Source: a virus
Length of the DNA stretch: 64,000 nt
Direction: 5' to 3' (one strand)
Virus record (IMG/VR): IMGVR_UViG_3300045988_171102
Shown here: positions 1 through 10,426 of the stretch, in pieces
Numbering within the stretch: the stretch's first letter is position 1
How the letters are laid out: every line of letters begins with the position of its first letter
Notes under the pieces: model-generated
Told to the model about the DNA's origin: nothing
Databases searched by the model: none
The model's input: the letters and a program-made list of their open reading frames with translations, nothing else
Translations under genes and position numbers: made by a program

Positions 1-208
1 TAAAGCTTATTTCTATTATAAAACAGAACAGAAAATAAGTCCGTTGCACGCACAATATATAGATATATTAACTTAAATCACCACAAGATATAACACCTTC
101 AGCTTGATATATAAACAAAAACTTCTTATATCTTCTCATATCTTCTTATTTTACTATCTTCATTTTTAGTAAAAATTTTAGTAAATTAGCAAATTAGAAT
201 TTAATAAT

Positions 209-1486
209 TTAAAAAATGCTAAATTTACCCTCAAGATTGTTAAAAGATTCTTGTTTTTTGTCAAGGGTAGCTTCGTTATAAATATCCATTGTGGTGGTGA
301 TAGCTGAGTGTCCCATGATTTCTTGAATAATCTTAATGTTCGACTCGTTTTCACACATACGAGTACAAAAAGTGTGTCTTAAAATATGTGCTGTGAAATG
401 GGGTAGCAACAATGGTTCACGGTTTTGAGCTAAAGCTAACTTGTTTTCTTGTGTATTGTAATCATTAACAATAAGTTTAATTGTACTGTTTATAAGCTGT
501 GGTAGGACTACATGATGTTGTTTATTGCAAAATACAAAATTTGAGTAACTATCTATGGTGTCAAAATTACCGCCTTTTATTTTTTGCCTTTCGTATTCAA
601 ACAATAAACTTTTTTTTACATCTGTAAGCATTGGAATTATTCTTTTACTTGTAGATGTTTTCGGGGTAGAAATGTACACCACCCTTTTGTTTACCTTGTT
701 GTTGGGTTTGTAATTAAGGCTATGGTTAATATTGATGGTGTTATTATTAAAATCACAATCATCCCATGTTAATCCAAGACATTCTCCTATTCTGCATCCT
801 GTTCCTAACAAAAATGTAAAAATAGGAAGCCAATAATTATATTTTTTTCTGTTTTTCGTAAATTCAATAAAGGCATTTTGCTCTGATATTGTTAAAGCGT
901 GTCGTTTTAGTGATTTATCATGATAGTTTTTATTGATCTCTGATATAATGCCGTCAGTCGGATTTACTCTAATATAACCATCTCGCACTGCAATTGTAAA
1001 AAGCGGATGCATAACAGTGTAAATTTGCTTGACACTGTTAGATTTGAATTCTAAATCAAAGATTAAATGGTTATAATATTTTTTTATGTCCGTATACTTA
1101 ATGTCTGAAATTTTTTTTCTTCCTATTGTATCCCAAATGTATTTATGATATAGGTATGTGTAAAAGGTTACTGTGGAAGATTTTAATTCTGGTTTTTGTT
1201 CTATCCATTTTTCAAACAAAGCATTAAGTGTTGTTTTATTTGCTTGGTATGAATCAATCTTATCTTGTAAATCTTTTATTATTTCTTTTTCTAACTCCCT
1301 TAGACATTTTCCGTTTCGTTTTCCTTTAGGTGTTCTATCTGTTTGTGTGAGACACCAACTGTACACAAAACGAGTAGTCCCTGAAAAGTCAACATATCTG
1401 TACATATATCTACCATCAGCTTTTTGATATTCGCCTCTATTTAAAAGACGATTTTTTGTATCACGCCTTTCTGCCATATGTGTCAT
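209..1486 (-). CDS. int: tyrosine-type site-specific integrase
   Basis: 425-aa ORF. Catalytic residues are visible: TGCRIGE (Arg), HILRHTF (His-x-x-Arg) and GHSAITTTMDIY (His...Tyr). It lies at the edge of the co-directional gene block, next to an excisionase-like ORF. Confidence 0.9.
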   Translation of the reverse strand: MTHMAERRDTKNRLLNRGEYQKADGRYMYRYVDFSGTTRFVYSWCLTQTDRTPKGKRNGKCLRELEKEIIKDLQDKIDSYQANKTTLNALFEKWIEQKPELKSSTVTFYTYLYHKYIWDTIGRKKISDIKYTDIKKYYNHLIFDLEFKSNSVKQIYTVMHPLFTIAVRDGYIRVNPTDGIISEINKNYHDKSLKRHALTISEQNAFIEFTKNRKKYNYWLPIFTFLLGTGCRIGECLGLTWDDCDFNNNTININHSLNYKPNNKVNKRVVYISTPKTSTSKRIIPMLTDVKKSLLFEYERQKIKGGNFDTIDSYSNFVFCNKQHHVVLPQLINSTIKLIVNDYNTQENKLALAQNREPLLLPHFTAHILRHTFCTRMCENESNIKIIQEIMGHSAITTTMDIYNEATLDKKQESFNNLEGKFSIF

Positions 1487-1532
1487 CCTTTCTTAATTGA
1501 CAAAAGAAACTGTAATACAAGTATACAGGATA

Positions 1533-1562
1533 ATTTTACTACACAGCTATCACTTCTGTCAA
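1533..1562 (-). promoter_or_regulatory. sigma-A-like promoter upstream of int
   Basis: The minus strand reads TTGACA, 18 nt, TAAAAT about 47 nt upstream of the int start codon. Confidence 0.45.
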
Positions 1563-1606
1563 CGATTTTTCATATTTGTGGTCGTTATTTTACTAAAAAT
1601 TTACTT

Positions 1607-1852
1607 TTATAGATAGTTTTGCTCTGCTATCCATTTTTCAAATTGTATCCGTTTAATTCTTGTTCTATTGCCTACAAATATCACCCAATCTAAACTCTTA
1701 TCATCTTCTATTATTTTGCGTAGTCGGTTTTCTCCGAGCATAGAATATTCAGCAGCTTCCTCAATTGACAAACATAATTTTTGGTTTGGTAACAAATTCA
1801 ACTTTTTAATATTATCACCTGCCTTATAAGAGCAGAGTTGTTTTTTTGACAA
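1607..1852 (-). CDS. excisionase-family helix-turn-helix DNA-binding protein
   Basis: 81 aa. LSIEEAAEYSMLGENRLRKII...RIKRIQFEKWI matches the Xis/MerR-like excisionase HTH pattern, and the ORF is directly upstream of int. Confidence 0.7.
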   Translation of the reverse strand: MSKKQLCSYKAGDNIKKLNLLPNQKLCLSIEEAAEYSMLGENRLRKIIEDDKSLDWVIFVGNRTRIKRIQFEKWIAEQNYL

Positions 1853-1884
1853 CCCTACTCTAAATTCTTTATGTTGTTAGTTAT

Positions 1885-2052
1885 TTACTTTTCAATCAAT
1901 TTCAATACGCTTTTTAGCGTTGCTTTCTTACCGTTCAACTTAAATTCATACCCATTTTTGTTCATGCTTTTAAGCTGGCTTTCCGTTGGCAAACAACTTG
2001 TATCACTACACATAAATTTGCCTTGTCCGTCTTTATAAACCTCAAACAACAT
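1885..2052 (-). CDS. small hypothetical protein (55 aa, below ORF-track cutoff)
   Basis: My translation gives MLFEVYKDGQGKFMCSDTSCLPTESQLKSMNKNGYEFKLNGKKATLKSVLKLIEK. Its ATG overlaps the stop of the upstream ORF (ATGTTGTTTGA). Confidence 0.4.
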   Translation of the reverse strand: MLFEVYKDGQGKFMCSDTSCLPTESQLKSMNKNGYEFKLNGKKATLKSVLKLIEK

Positions 2053-2659
2053 TCAATCCATTCCTTTCTCTATCCTCTTTAATAGCATCCATTTTATCCT
2101 CTCGGTCAATGTAATCCACAATTAGTTGTACAGCTTTATCGTACCCCTTTTGGTTGCCTTTGATAATTTCATATGGGATATTCTTTTCGATTAGCATTGA
2201 TTCAATTCGTGTACCTATATTATTTGCTTCAATTTCGGTTTGTAATCTGCCATTTGGATTATATTTTTTAACAGGCTTAACAAAGAAGTTTAAGTTATCA
2301 AAGAGAGAACTAAACGCTTCGGCGGTATCGTTTACACACTTTTCAATAGATTTTGAGGGGTAAAAACCACACTTTTCAAATGAGTTATAAATTTCGGTCA
2401 ATAGGATTGGCGAGTCAGTTACAATTACTCTAACCTGATTTCTCAGTCTCCAAAATCTTTGTGAGTGCAAACCAAGTATATATAATTGGTTAGTTAAAGC
2501 AGTATCATTATGCTCCCATACTATATCTTTAGCCGTTTCAGTGACGAGTTCCGTGTCAATACCCCTCATTTTCAACTGACTAAATATATAAGCAGCCCCT
2601 GTGGATTTACCACAGGAAGGCTGACCATAAAGATTAACTGCAATCGTTTGTTTACTCAT
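2042..2659 (-). CDS. P-loop NTPase / AAA-type ATPase
   Basis: Walker A is YGQPSCGKST. I placed the start at MSKQT (2659), which follows AAGGAGAG plus an 8-nt spacer. The track ORF extends to 2692. Confidence 0.65.
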   Translation of the reverse strand: MSKQTIAVNLYGQPSCGKSTGAAYIFSQLKMRGIDTELVTETAKDIVWEHNDTALTNQLYILGLHSQRFWRLRNQVRVIVTDSPILLTEIYNSFEKCGFYPSKSIEKCVNDTAEAFSSLFDNLNFFVKPVKKYNPNGRLQTEIEANNIGTRIESMLIEKNIPYEIIKGNQKGYDKAVQLIVDYIDREDKMDAIKEDRERNGLNVV

Positions 2660-2984
2660 TTGACACACTCTCCTTATCATAAAAAGGATCATATTCCTTG
2701 GGGTCTGCTTTATTTGCCCATTCTACCCATTTGAGAACCTTGTCACGCAATTCATCGTCAAGTAAAAATGGTTCTCTTACTAATATCAAGTTTGGATTTT
2801 GTTTCATTATATTTGCGTTATCCACAATTTCTTCATAATCAACCGGATATAGCAGCATCTTTGAATAAACCTTATCTCCACGAGAATTTATTTTTCTTGT
2901 AAAAGTTGCCTCTGTAAATTTGAATCTTTCGGTGAAATGAGGGTTCATTTCCAAATTTCGTCTTGATATATAACCAATCGTCAT
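2652..2984 (-). CDS. hypothetical protein
   Basis: Track ORF 2652..2996. The likely start is MTIGY, in an ATGA overlap with the upstream stop. No motif recognised. Confidence 0.5.
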   Translation of the reverse strand: MTIGYISRRNLEMNPHFTERFKFTEATFTRKINSRGDKVYSKMLLYPVDYEEIVDNANIMKQNPNLILVREPFLLDDELRDKVLKWVEWANKADPKEYDPFYDKESVSNE

Positions 2985-3775
2985 TTTCGATGCCATTCAC
3001 TTCTCTCCTTTTTTCTATCTTCAAGCCACTTATTATCAATGACATAAAAACCTACTACCAATCCACCTATAAGTAATATCCAAAAAATCCAAAAAACTAT
3101 TATCTGCCATTCGGACTCAAGGCTTTCGATTGTATCTTCAATATTCTTATCATAATAAAAGTGAACATTAGAAATTGTATTATCTTTAAGTACAGCATAT
3201 AATGTTCCTTTACATTCAGCAGGAGCAGCATAATACACATATCTTATATCTCCTGATGAATGCCACCAATCACCATCTATATATATCGTTTTTATTTCTC
3301 TTTCATTTGGTAAATGAATTGTATCATAAGGAAACTCAACACCAATAAAATCAATCTTTGTAGAACTTTTTGATTCTTCGCTAACATAATCCCAAGTATA
3401 ATATTCTTCTGTTTCCGTATATGTTTCGGTTTTGCCTTTTGAGTTGGTTCTCGATTTTGTTACCGTTCTTGTGTGTCTTGTATATTTCTCTTTGACTTTC
3501 TTTATGTAGGAAAAGTCTCCCTCAATTTCGTTATAAGAAACTGTATCAATAGCTTTAAGTTTACCATATACGAAAGCATTACCTATATTTGTTCTCATAC
3601 CGTGTTGAAACACATCTTTGTTATTGTCTATCTGCAATGCTGTATTGTATTCCTGATAATCATTCATTAAAGAATTACTTATTCCGGATGAAATCATAAA
3701 ACCAAACACAAGCATTACAGAAATAATGACAATACTAAAGAGGACTTCACGCATGGTTACTAACCTCTTATCCAT
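2981..3775 (-). CDS. membrane protein (N- and C-terminal TM segments), partner of LemA
   Basis: 264 aa. Hydrophobic segments FSIVIISVMLVFGFMI and IIVFWIFWILLIGGLVVGFYVI. It starts 3 nt after the LemA gene ends. Confidence 0.55.
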   Translation of the reverse strand: MDKRLVTMREVLFSIVIISVMLVFGFMISSGISNSLMNDYQEYNTALQIDNNKDVFQHGMRTNIGNAFVYGKLKAIDTVSYNEIEGDFSYIKKVKEKYTRHTRTVTKSRTNSKGKTETYTETEEYYTWDYVSEESKSSTKIDFIGVEFPYDTIHLPNEREIKTIYIDGDWWHSSGDIRYVYYAAPAECKGTLYAVLKDNTISNVHFYYDKNIEDTIESLESEWQIIVFWIFWILLIGGLVVGFYVIDNKWLEDRKKERSEWHRK

Positions 3776-3778
3776 AGG

Positions 3779-4348
3779 TCAATCTCCGAAAAGATTTGTT
3801 GGTGCATCTTCCGACACATCATAATTTAAGTATGAATATTCAATCACCTCATAGCCAAGCATATCAAGAATATTACTATTCGGAAATTGCCTTATATACT
3901 GATTATAAGATTTAACAAACTTATTAAAATTACTTCGATAATTTGCAATCAAATTCTCTGTTGTTGTAAGTTCCGACATCAATTCTTTGTAGTTTTCATT
4001 GCTCTTTAATTCTGGATAAGCCTCTGCGACTGCGTTAATCATAGTCTGAATCTCGTTTACAGAATTATCAGACGATGTGCCTCTTGCCTCAACGACAGAC
4101 ATTAGGGTTTCGTATTCGTGTTTATCATACTGTTTAACACAATCAACAAGGTTAGGTATAAGGTCTGCTCTGCGCTTTTCCTGAACCTTAATGTCAGACT
4201 GCGCCGTACTGATTTGTTCCTCGTAAGAAATCGCCTTGTTTTTAACGCCATTGAAACCGAATACAAACATCATTGAAACGGCAACAATAATGGCAAGAAT
4301 AATCAAACCAAGCTTTATATTTAATTTCTTTTTCGTTTTTTTCTGCAT
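3779..4348 (-). CDS. lemA: LemA family membrane protein
   Basis: N-terminal TM segment. The LemA-like pattern QEKRRADLIPNLV..VK.Y..HE..T...V..AR plus NYRSNFNKFVKSYNQYIRQFP is present. Confidence 0.8.
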   Translation of the reverse strand: MQKKTKKKLNIKLGLIILAIIVAVSMMFVFGFNGVKNKAISYEEQISTAQSDIKVQEKRRADLIPNLVDCVKQYDKHEYETLMSVVEARGTSSDNSVNEIQTMINAVAEAYPELKSNENYKELMSELTTTENLIANYRSNFNKFVKSYNQYIRQFPNSNILDMLGYEVIEYSYLNYDVSEDAPTNLFGD

Positions 4349-4373
4349 ATATATATCTCCTATTCGCTCTATA

Positions 4374-4823
4374 TTATTCTGGCTTTTTGTTGTGGGCTAA
4401 ATTAACTTTTTCCATCTCTTCTGCATAAAAATGACTCACCGAAGGGATTGCGTTAAATTTATCCACAAAGGTATTCCAATTATTTTGAATCTCCCATTCG
4501 ATAACTTTCCATAAGTTAGCAATTTCAGCGATATTCACTTCTTTATTGTCAATTTCTACAATTGTATTTCTTTGACCACAATCTGTCTCCCAAACCCAAT
4601 ACGATATCCAAGTCTCACCGTATTCATCAGGCTTAAGGTTTAAACCTTTTTCGAGACAGTCAATAAGTTCATCTTCCATAGTTACACCATGATATGCAAA
4701 TGGCGATACATACTCTAAGACCAAATCACTATACTCATCGCCAAGATTCAAAATCTTATCTTCAAGTTCATGGATTCTTTGAATCTTGGTAAGGTATCTT
4801 TCAAAATCATTATATGTAATCAT
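4374..4823 (-). CDS. hypothetical protein
   Basis: 149-aa ORF tiling the minus-strand operon. No motif recognised. Confidence 0.5.
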   Translation of the reverse strand: MITYNDFERYLTKIQRIHELEDKILNLGDEYSDLVLEYVSPFAYHGVTMEDELIDCLEKGLNLKPDEYGETWISYWVWETDCGQRNTIVEIDNKEVNIAEIANLWKVIEWEIQNNWNTFVDKFNAIPSVSHFYAEEMEKVNLAHNKKPE

Positions 4824-4835
4824 AATTATTTCTCC

Positions 4836-5261
4836 TTACTGTTTACCTGTTGAGCCAAAGCCACCACGACTTTTTGTGTCAAGACATTCTACTTCTGTAA
4901 ACTCAAAATCAGGCTGTTTTTGTGTGATGCGAAACTGACAAATTCTATCGTTTTTATGTATGGTTGTATCTCTCATTGCAATTACAGGCATACCCCATTG
5001 GTCATTATCGCCCGAATAGGAGTTGTCAATTACTCCCATGTGGTTTGTCTGAATAATACCATAATTTTTGTAAGTGCTACTTCTTGGCACAATGTGAGCT
5101 TCATAGCCAAACGGTAACTTCATTCCTACTCCGAGTGGAATAATAGTAAACTCACCCTTTTTGAGTGTGACATCTTTGGCTGACCTTAAATCAACCCAAT
5201 CTCCGTTAGGGATTTGCTTAATCTTTTCGATATCTGTAAAGTATTTAATTTTGACTTCCAT
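4836..5261 (-). CDS. dut: dUTP diphosphatase
   Basis: dUTPase motifs are visible: [16 protein letters not shown] and the C-terminal SRGGFGSTG. Confidence 0.9.
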   Translation of the reverse strand: MEVKIKYFTDIEKIKQIPNGDWVDLRSAKDVTLKKGEFTIIPLGVGMKLPFGYEAHIVPRSSTYKNYGIIQTNHMGVIDNSYSGDNDQWGMPVIAMRDTTIHKNDRICQFRITQKQPDFEFTEVECLDTKSRGGFGSTGKQ

Positions 5262-5456
5262 ATTTAACTCTCCTTAATTATTTTTTATCGCTAAACGCTT
5301 TGACAATTGCAGATATTATACTGAGTAGTGAACTAAAAATTGTAAAACCCCATACTGCAATAAAACATCCGTTAGGTATTACAACCCCATTTGCGTTGAG
5401 TAAATAAAGCGATATAAGAAAAATATCATTCCCATATATTTGTCGTCCTTTCTATA

Positions 5457-6158
5457 TTAATCAATCATATCCACATAGTTATACAAAATATGCTTTTGCT
5501 TTTCTGAATCCGAACCAAATGTAACATCAAGGTGATAATGTCCCATATACCAATGCTCATAATCCAACTTGTCATCGATGTGCTGTAGGTATTCGGTTAA
5601 AGTGTCCGGACTATACCCCTTATGGATACAACTGGCGATAAATTCGGTTGGAGCACAGTGCGTAATTACACAATCTACCTTCCAGTTACACTTATCAAGA
5701 TTTGTCAATCCTTCCTGCATTTCAGCTTCATTGGGTAATTCTTCTTCCCACCAGTCAACATTCTTTGTGCGATACTGTATATCGTGGCTTGATGCACCGC
5801 CCATTGTAAAAAATGTTTTGCCGTTAATTTCAAACACTTGTCCACGCATTAGATGATAAATATTATCTTCAATCTGATGTACCTTTCCACCCCATTTTTC
5901 AGTTACAGGGTAACGATTCAGCAAGGGGAATTTTTCGTGGTTTCCATCTACAAACAAGGTTGTCCACGGTTTGTTATTAAGCCAATCTCGCCAATACATT
6001 TCAGAATTTCCATTATTCCACACTAAGCCAAAGTCACCACAAATAATTAGGTAATCATCTCGTGTTAAATTGTTGCCCATTGGAAATCGTTTAGAACTCA
6101 GTTTGTGTATGTCATATTCACCATGTAAATCTCCAGTAATATAAAACATATCTTTCAC
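5457..6158 (-). CDS. calcineurin-like metallophosphoesterase
   Basis: The motifs GDLHGE, GDFG, GNHE and GHYH occur in canonical order. Confidence 0.8.
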   Translation of the reverse strand: MKDMFYITGDLHGEYDIHKLSSKRFPMGNNLTRDDYLIICGDFGLVWNNGNSEMYWRDWLNNKPWTTLFVDGNHEKFPLLNRYPVTEKWGGKVHQIEDNIYHLMRGQVFEINGKTFFTMGGASSHDIQYRTKNVDWWEEELPNEAEMQEGLTNLDKCNWKVDCVITHCAPTEFIASCIHKGYSPDTLTEYLQHIDDKLDYEHWYMGHYHLDVTFGSDSEKQKHILYNYVDMID

Positions 6159-6182
6159 CTCTTTCCTTATAAATCCTAAATT

Positions 6183-6482
6183 TTATTCTTCCCACCATGG
6201 TTTGCATGATATTTTTAATCCACTTGTTAATGTTTGAATCATTTGTAAAATATCATTATTGTCAAATACTGCAAATAAATCTGTATCTCTGTATTCCCCA
6301 ATACTCCAATCGAAATCAAACACCTCTCCATCTTGAGGGATTATACATTTTGCACCAAAATCGCCGTCAGTCACCATAAGTTCTGAAGTTAGCACATCTG
6401 GTGTATATCCTGCAAAAACAATACCTCCGTCTGGAAATTGTGCTATTAACGATTTCAACTCACTTTTTGATAAAACTTTCAT
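6183..6482 (-). CDS. hypothetical protein
   Basis: 99-aa ORF with a 4-nt overlap with its upstream neighbour. Confidence 0.5.
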   Translation of the reverse strand: MKVLSKSELKSLIAQFPDGGIVFAGYTPDVLTSELMVTDGDFGAKCIIPQDGEVFDFDWSIGEYRDTDLFAVFDNNDILQMIQTLTSGLKISCKPWWEE

Positions 6483-6733
6483 TCTTCCACCGCCATATAT
6501 GTTTCCTCAAAGATATCCTGTCTACAAGGATAAATCTCACCTCTGACATCCTGAACTATGTAGCTATTTAAGTCACACTTCATTTCACCTTTAAGTGTAT
6601 GAATATATAAACTTCCATCATCTTTAAAATAAAGCAAACCGTCTTTATACGCTTTAATTGCCCATATAGGAATAGTGAAGTCTCCTTTATACTGAAAGGC
6701 TTCAATCGGCATTGCTTTCTTAATGTATTTCAT
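6479..6733 (-). CDS. hypothetical protein
   Basis: 84-aa ORF tiling the operon. Confidence 0.5.
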   Translation of the reverse strand: MKYIKKAMPIEAFQYKGDFTIPIWAIKAYKDGLLYFKDDGSLYIHTLKGEMKCDLNSYIVQDVRGEIYPCRQDIFEETYMAVEE

Positions 6734-6743
6734 ATATACCTCC

Positions 6744-6941
6744 TTAAAAATGACTTCCTATCTGCATACCCCACATAATACCAAAATCTACAAGTACAAT
6801 AAAGTATGTGTACCAATAAATATTTTGTAATGCCTTTTTGTTTGGATATGTAGTCTTATGTTCGTAAACAGCAGCACCTATGTTAAGTGCTACACATACC
6901 AGTAGCACTATAATTGTTATCATATTAGCAATAATTCGCAT
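6744..6941 (-). CDS. small membrane protein
   Basis: 65 aa with two hydrophobic segments, IIVLLVCVALNIGAAV and FIVLVDFGIMWGM. Confidence 0.45.
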   Translation of the reverse strand: MRIIANMITIIVLLVCVALNIGAAVYEHKTTYPNKKALQNIYWYTYFIVLVDFGIMWGMQIGSHF

Positions 6942-6953
6942 ATCATTCTCCTT

Positions 6954-7562
6954 TTAGTTAATCCATTTAACAATTGTGTTTCCTTTATATCCCTTTTGCC
7001 ACACATACCAAGCATAAGCTACAGCACTACCACCACCTGCTCGCATTTTATCAAATTCTCCATTTTTGGCACACAAAAGTCTTGAACTCGATACATAAAT
7101 TGTTTGTGGCGGATTAGTGTCAAATAATTTTCTTCGTTTTTTGCCCTCAAGAAATTGCAGTTTAAGAAACATTGCTACTTTGTTGCCTTCTGTAACTGTA
7201 TCTAACGCTTTTTCTACAAATTCATAAGCGTATTTATAAGGTGGGTTTGTAATAATACTGCCGTTCCACGAATTAGGTTTTGATTCTGTTAAAAAATCGA
7301 ATGTTTCTGACATTCCTCCGTCACGGTAAATCAAATCTGTTGACTTAACATTGTAACCGTGAGCCTCAAATACTTTAGACAAATGGCATTCTCCACAAGC
7401 ACATTCCCAAATGTCAGTAGCGAAATCTTCTACTTGAAGTAGAAGTTCAGCAGCTTTAGGTTCTGTGGCATAATAATCATTTGTTTCTCTTACTTTGTCT
7501 GTATGGTTAGAAGCACCTAATGTTGTATAAATGCTTTTACCATTTCCTGTCCAATCTTTCAA
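6954..7562 (-). CDS. DNA N6-adenine (or N4-cytosine) methyltransferase, NPPY class
   Basis: Catalytic motif IITNPPYKY in a small phage-type MTase. I could not clearly see a motif I. Confidence 0.65.
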   Translation of the reverse strand: MKDWTGNGKSIYTTLGASNHTDKVRETNDYYATEPKAAELLLQVEDFATDIWECACGECHLSKVFEAHGYNVKSTDLIYRDGGMSETFDFLTESKPNSWNGSIITNPPYKYAYEFVEKALDTVTEGNKVAMFLKLQFLEGKKRRKLFDTNPPQTIYVSSSRLLCAKNGEFDKMRAGGGSAVAYAWYVWQKGYKGNTIVKWIN

Positions 7563-8461
7563 ACAATCTCCCCTTTTAAATATTTAACATAAGTTTTTAA
7601 TGTGTTTTCAAAAAATCTATCCCATTCGTTTGATAAATTGTATATGTTTGATTTCTTCATCAAGTCAGTGTTCAAAAACATATCTTCAACAAAAACAACT
7701 GGTGGTATTTTATCGACCAACACAAAATTCTTTATATTGCGAAACACAATCCAAGCTTCATTTCTTAACACAATACTTCCCCAACTGTCAGGATACATAA
7801 ATTTATCTAAGTAATTTTTGTCGCAATTAAAATATTTCTGTAATCTGTATGTAAGCGGTGTACCTATGTCTTTAGGAGTAGGTTTATGCGATTTAGAAAA
7901 GAAATCCCTATGCTTTATCCATAAGTCATTGTCCTTTACAAAACAATGACACTTGCATTTATTCGGTATAAAATCAACAATAAAACTCGATTTAATACCT
8001 TTTAATTCTACTGGCTTAACAAGTTTTGGTTCTCCGTATAACCTATATGAATAAATTTCGCAATAAGGCGAGCCGGAAAAGTATTTTTCACAAACTTTCT
8101 GTGGTGTTGACATTTCATATGTACAAGGTAACACTTTACAATCATTAGAAACGAACTGATAGTCGGTATAATCAAAATAACTGTCATCATTACAGTCTTT
8201 AATCAAGCGGAATCTCAAAACCCCATATGCTGTATCTGTTTTGTACCACTCACGATCACAATTATTGTTTCGATGTTGAATGCCTTCTAACATTGCATTT
8301 TTCAGCATTTTGTTAATATACGATAAATAGTCCCTATTCTTATAAAGTGTTACACTTTCAACGACTTCATCTTTAAAACAAGTTATTGCATCTGTTTCGG
8401 TTTTGGCATACACGATTGGTTCATACTCTTTATCTTTTAGTTTTAATTTCCATCGTTTCAT
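7559..8461 (-). CDS. hypothetical protein
   Basis: 300-aa ORF with a 4-nt overlap with the downstream gene. Confidence 0.55.
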   Translation of the reverse strand: MKRWKLKLKDKEYEPIVYAKTETDAITCFKDEVVESVTLYKNRDYLSYINKMLKNAMLEGIQHRNNNCDREWYKTDTAYGVLRFRLIKDCNDDSYFDYTDYQFVSNDCKVLPCTYEMSTPQKVCEKYFSGSPYCEIYSYRLYGEPKLVKPVELKGIKSSFIVDFIPNKCKCHCFVKDNDLWIKHRDFFSKSHKPTPKDIGTPLTYRLQKYFNCDKNYLDKFMYPDSWGSIVLRNEAWIVFRNIKNFVLVDKIPPVVFVEDMFLNTDLMKKSNIYNLSNEWDRFFENTLKTYVKYLKGEIV

Positions 8462-8470
8462 TGATTGCTA

Positions 8471-9427
8471 TTAAATGTCGAGTTCCCTTTCCGACAGAAT
8501 TTCTCTTGCTAATCTCATTGCGGAACTGTGAGCGAATTTACCAAAGTCGTAACCAACCATTTCAACAACATCTTTTTCCTCTTTAAGACAATCATAATAA
8601 ATGTCTTTTCCAATATTTTTAGCAATTATTCCCATTTCTGTATTGCTCCAATTTTCAGGTATAACTCCATTATCAACCATTTTATGTATAAGTTTACGAA
8701 CTCTTGCTTTAGTAACAACCGTGCTTACTAAACGCTGATTCTCCGCTTTTTTGGCTAATGCGTCTGTGTCAACCATATGACTTTGTTTGTGTCCTTTCGT
8801 TTCACAAAACTGTTCACATACAAGCTTCACATAAAACGGCAATCTTGTGTTTGGATTATTTAAAGTTGTTTGGTTTTTTACAACTACACCTTCTCCGTAT
8901 TCGCCACCCATTTGTGTTTTACCGATATAAGATTTCACATCGTCCCAACTCGTAAACCTACCTCTGTAAAAGACAGGAACAAATGTGAGATTAAGTTCTT
9001 TTACAATTTTTTCTGTTTCTGTTTGTTTTAAATACTGTTGTGTGTTGGTATCATATACATCATAACAATATGCTTTGTGGTATTTGTTGTCAGGATATTT
9101 TACAGTATGGGGTACAAGCCACTCCATAAACAATATAAGATTACTCCCCAATACCGTTTTAATTAATTCTTTATCAAGTGTTTGAGACCAATTCCAAGCC
9201 CCTCTTAGAGTGTTGGTTTCGTCCAATTCCTTTCTACGACTAAATGCTTTGATGCTATCACTTTCGGCATCGTAACGAATTGAAAAGTTCGCTCCATCAA
9301 TTTTCTCTTGAATTACAATTTCATCACCTTCCGAAAACGCATCTAAATAATTAGGTTTAAGTCTCTCAATATCTAAATAATGCTTCTGCTGTATAATAAT
9401 CAATCCTTTCTCGGTTTTCTTCCACAA
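8471..9427 (-). CDS. ATP-dependent RNA/DNA ligase (nucleotidyltransferase superfamily)
   Basis: The KxDG adenylation motif is present in IQEKIDGANFSI. The size and layout resemble phage RNA ligases. Confidence 0.6.
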   Translation of the reverse strand: MWKKTEKGLIIIQQKHYLDIERLKPNYLDAFSEGDEIVIQEKIDGANFSIRYDAESDSIKAFSRRKELDETNTLRGAWNWSQTLDKELIKTVLGSNLILFMEWLVPHTVKYPDNKYHKAYCYDVYDTNTQQYLKQTETEKIVKELNLTFVPVFYRGRFTSWDDVKSYIGKTQMGGEYGEGVVVKNQTTLNNPNTRLPFYVKLVCEQFCETKGHKQSHMVDTDALAKKAENQRLVSTVVTKARVRKLIHKMVDNGVIPENWSNTEMGIIAKNIGKDIYYDCLKEEKDVVEMVGYDFGKFAHSSAMRLAREILSERELDI

Positions 9428-10068
9428 CTGTATTTCTCAGGGCAATATCCAAGTGTTTCACATTTCGGTTGCATAACCATAGGAATTAGTGTTGCCCACT
9501 CTTCCGAATAGAGTTTTAACTGCTTTATGTATTCGTTAAAGAGTTCTCTATACTCCCAATATGCTCTCGAACACATTCTCTGTTCTGCCATACTAATAAC
9601 ATTTCTGACATTTCGCTTGTCTACAATTTTAGTCGCCATACCCAACGGAAGTAACATTGCGGCATCCTCTCTCTTGACACCACTTTCTTCAAGATTTTGA
9701 AGTGTTTGGCTTATAGTGTCAATAGCGTTGTTGTACCAAGCTTTCTGTTCTTCGGTCTGTACTGTGTTGGGAATTATGTATTCAAAGTTATTGTAGTTGA
9801 CATATCTTGTGCTACTTTGAAGTCGTGTAGGACTGCCACCAATATGTGTATACCATTCCCTAATTACTCTTGCTGAGTAACCTTCAATAATTGCTTCAAT
9901 GTTTACAAATTCAAACACTCTACCGTGATTAGACTTAATACAATCAAGACCTCGTTTGTAGTTTTTTTCGCTGTCTGTAATATCTGCTCCCCAACATATA
10001 CCTGCTCGTCTACCCATTAACGAAATTGGATCAATGGTTGTTTCTGGTAAGATTGTGATTTTACCCAT
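9400..10068 (-). CDS. thyX: flavin-dependent thymidylate synthase ThyX-like
   Basis: SNHGRVFEFVNIEAIIEGYSARVIREWYTHIGGSPTRLQSSTRYV follows the ThyX pattern GH.S.fE...i.g.SR...RH...qsSqRY, though the RHR triad is variant. I placed the start at MGKITIL after GGAGGTGGTGGAGA. The track ORF extends to 10143. Confidence 0.65.
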   Translation of the reverse strand: MGKITILPETTIDPISLMGRRAGICWGADITDSEKNYKRGLDCIKSNHGRVFEFVNIEAIIEGYSARVIREWYTHIGGSPTRLQSSTRYVNYNNFEYIIPNTVQTEEQKAWYNNAIDTISQTLQNLEESGVKREDAAMLLPLGMATKIVDKRNVRNVISMAEQRMCSRAYWEYRELFNEYIKQLKLYSEEWATLIPMVMQPKCETLGYCPEKYSCGRKPRKD

Positions 10069-10426
10069 TCTCCACCACCTCCGTATCTGATAAGTTGGAA
10101 ATAATAATTGTGTTCGTGTCTTTATTATGTATAACTTTGGCATCGGTGTCTAAATGTAAGGTTAGAGATTTGCTTTTTGCTCTATAAGGATGAAGAATAA
10201 TCTGTGTAACAGTGTCGGCAAATAACTTAAAACGAGAACTTCTGCGTTCGAGAACTGATAAATCAATCGCCTTAGTTTCAATATAGACTTCATTGCACCA
10301 AACTAATCCATTATCAATATCAATATTGTTTACCATAAAGGTGCTGAGTTGCGACAACTCAAAATCTACCGTTAAGCCGTTTTCCCCAATAACCGTTATG
10401 TATGGTTTAAATTTAAACATTTTCAA
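10061..10426 (-). CDS. hypothetical protein
   Basis: 121-aa ORF. Its stop overlaps the thyX start (ATGGGTAA). Confidence 0.5.
   Translation of the reverse strand: MKMFKFKPYITVIGENGLTVDFELSQLSTFMVNNIDIDNGLVWCNEVYIETKAIDLSVLERRSSRFKLFADTVTQIILHPYRAKSKSLTLHLDTDAKVIHNKDTNTIIISNLSDTEVVENG

Noticed and set aside
1-208. att site or arm-type repeats next to int, such as TATATCTTCTCATATCTTCTTAT and TTAGTAAA x2.
   Set aside because: These are short AT-rich repeats of low information content. Without the other prophage end or the empty bacterial site, I cannot define a core sequence.
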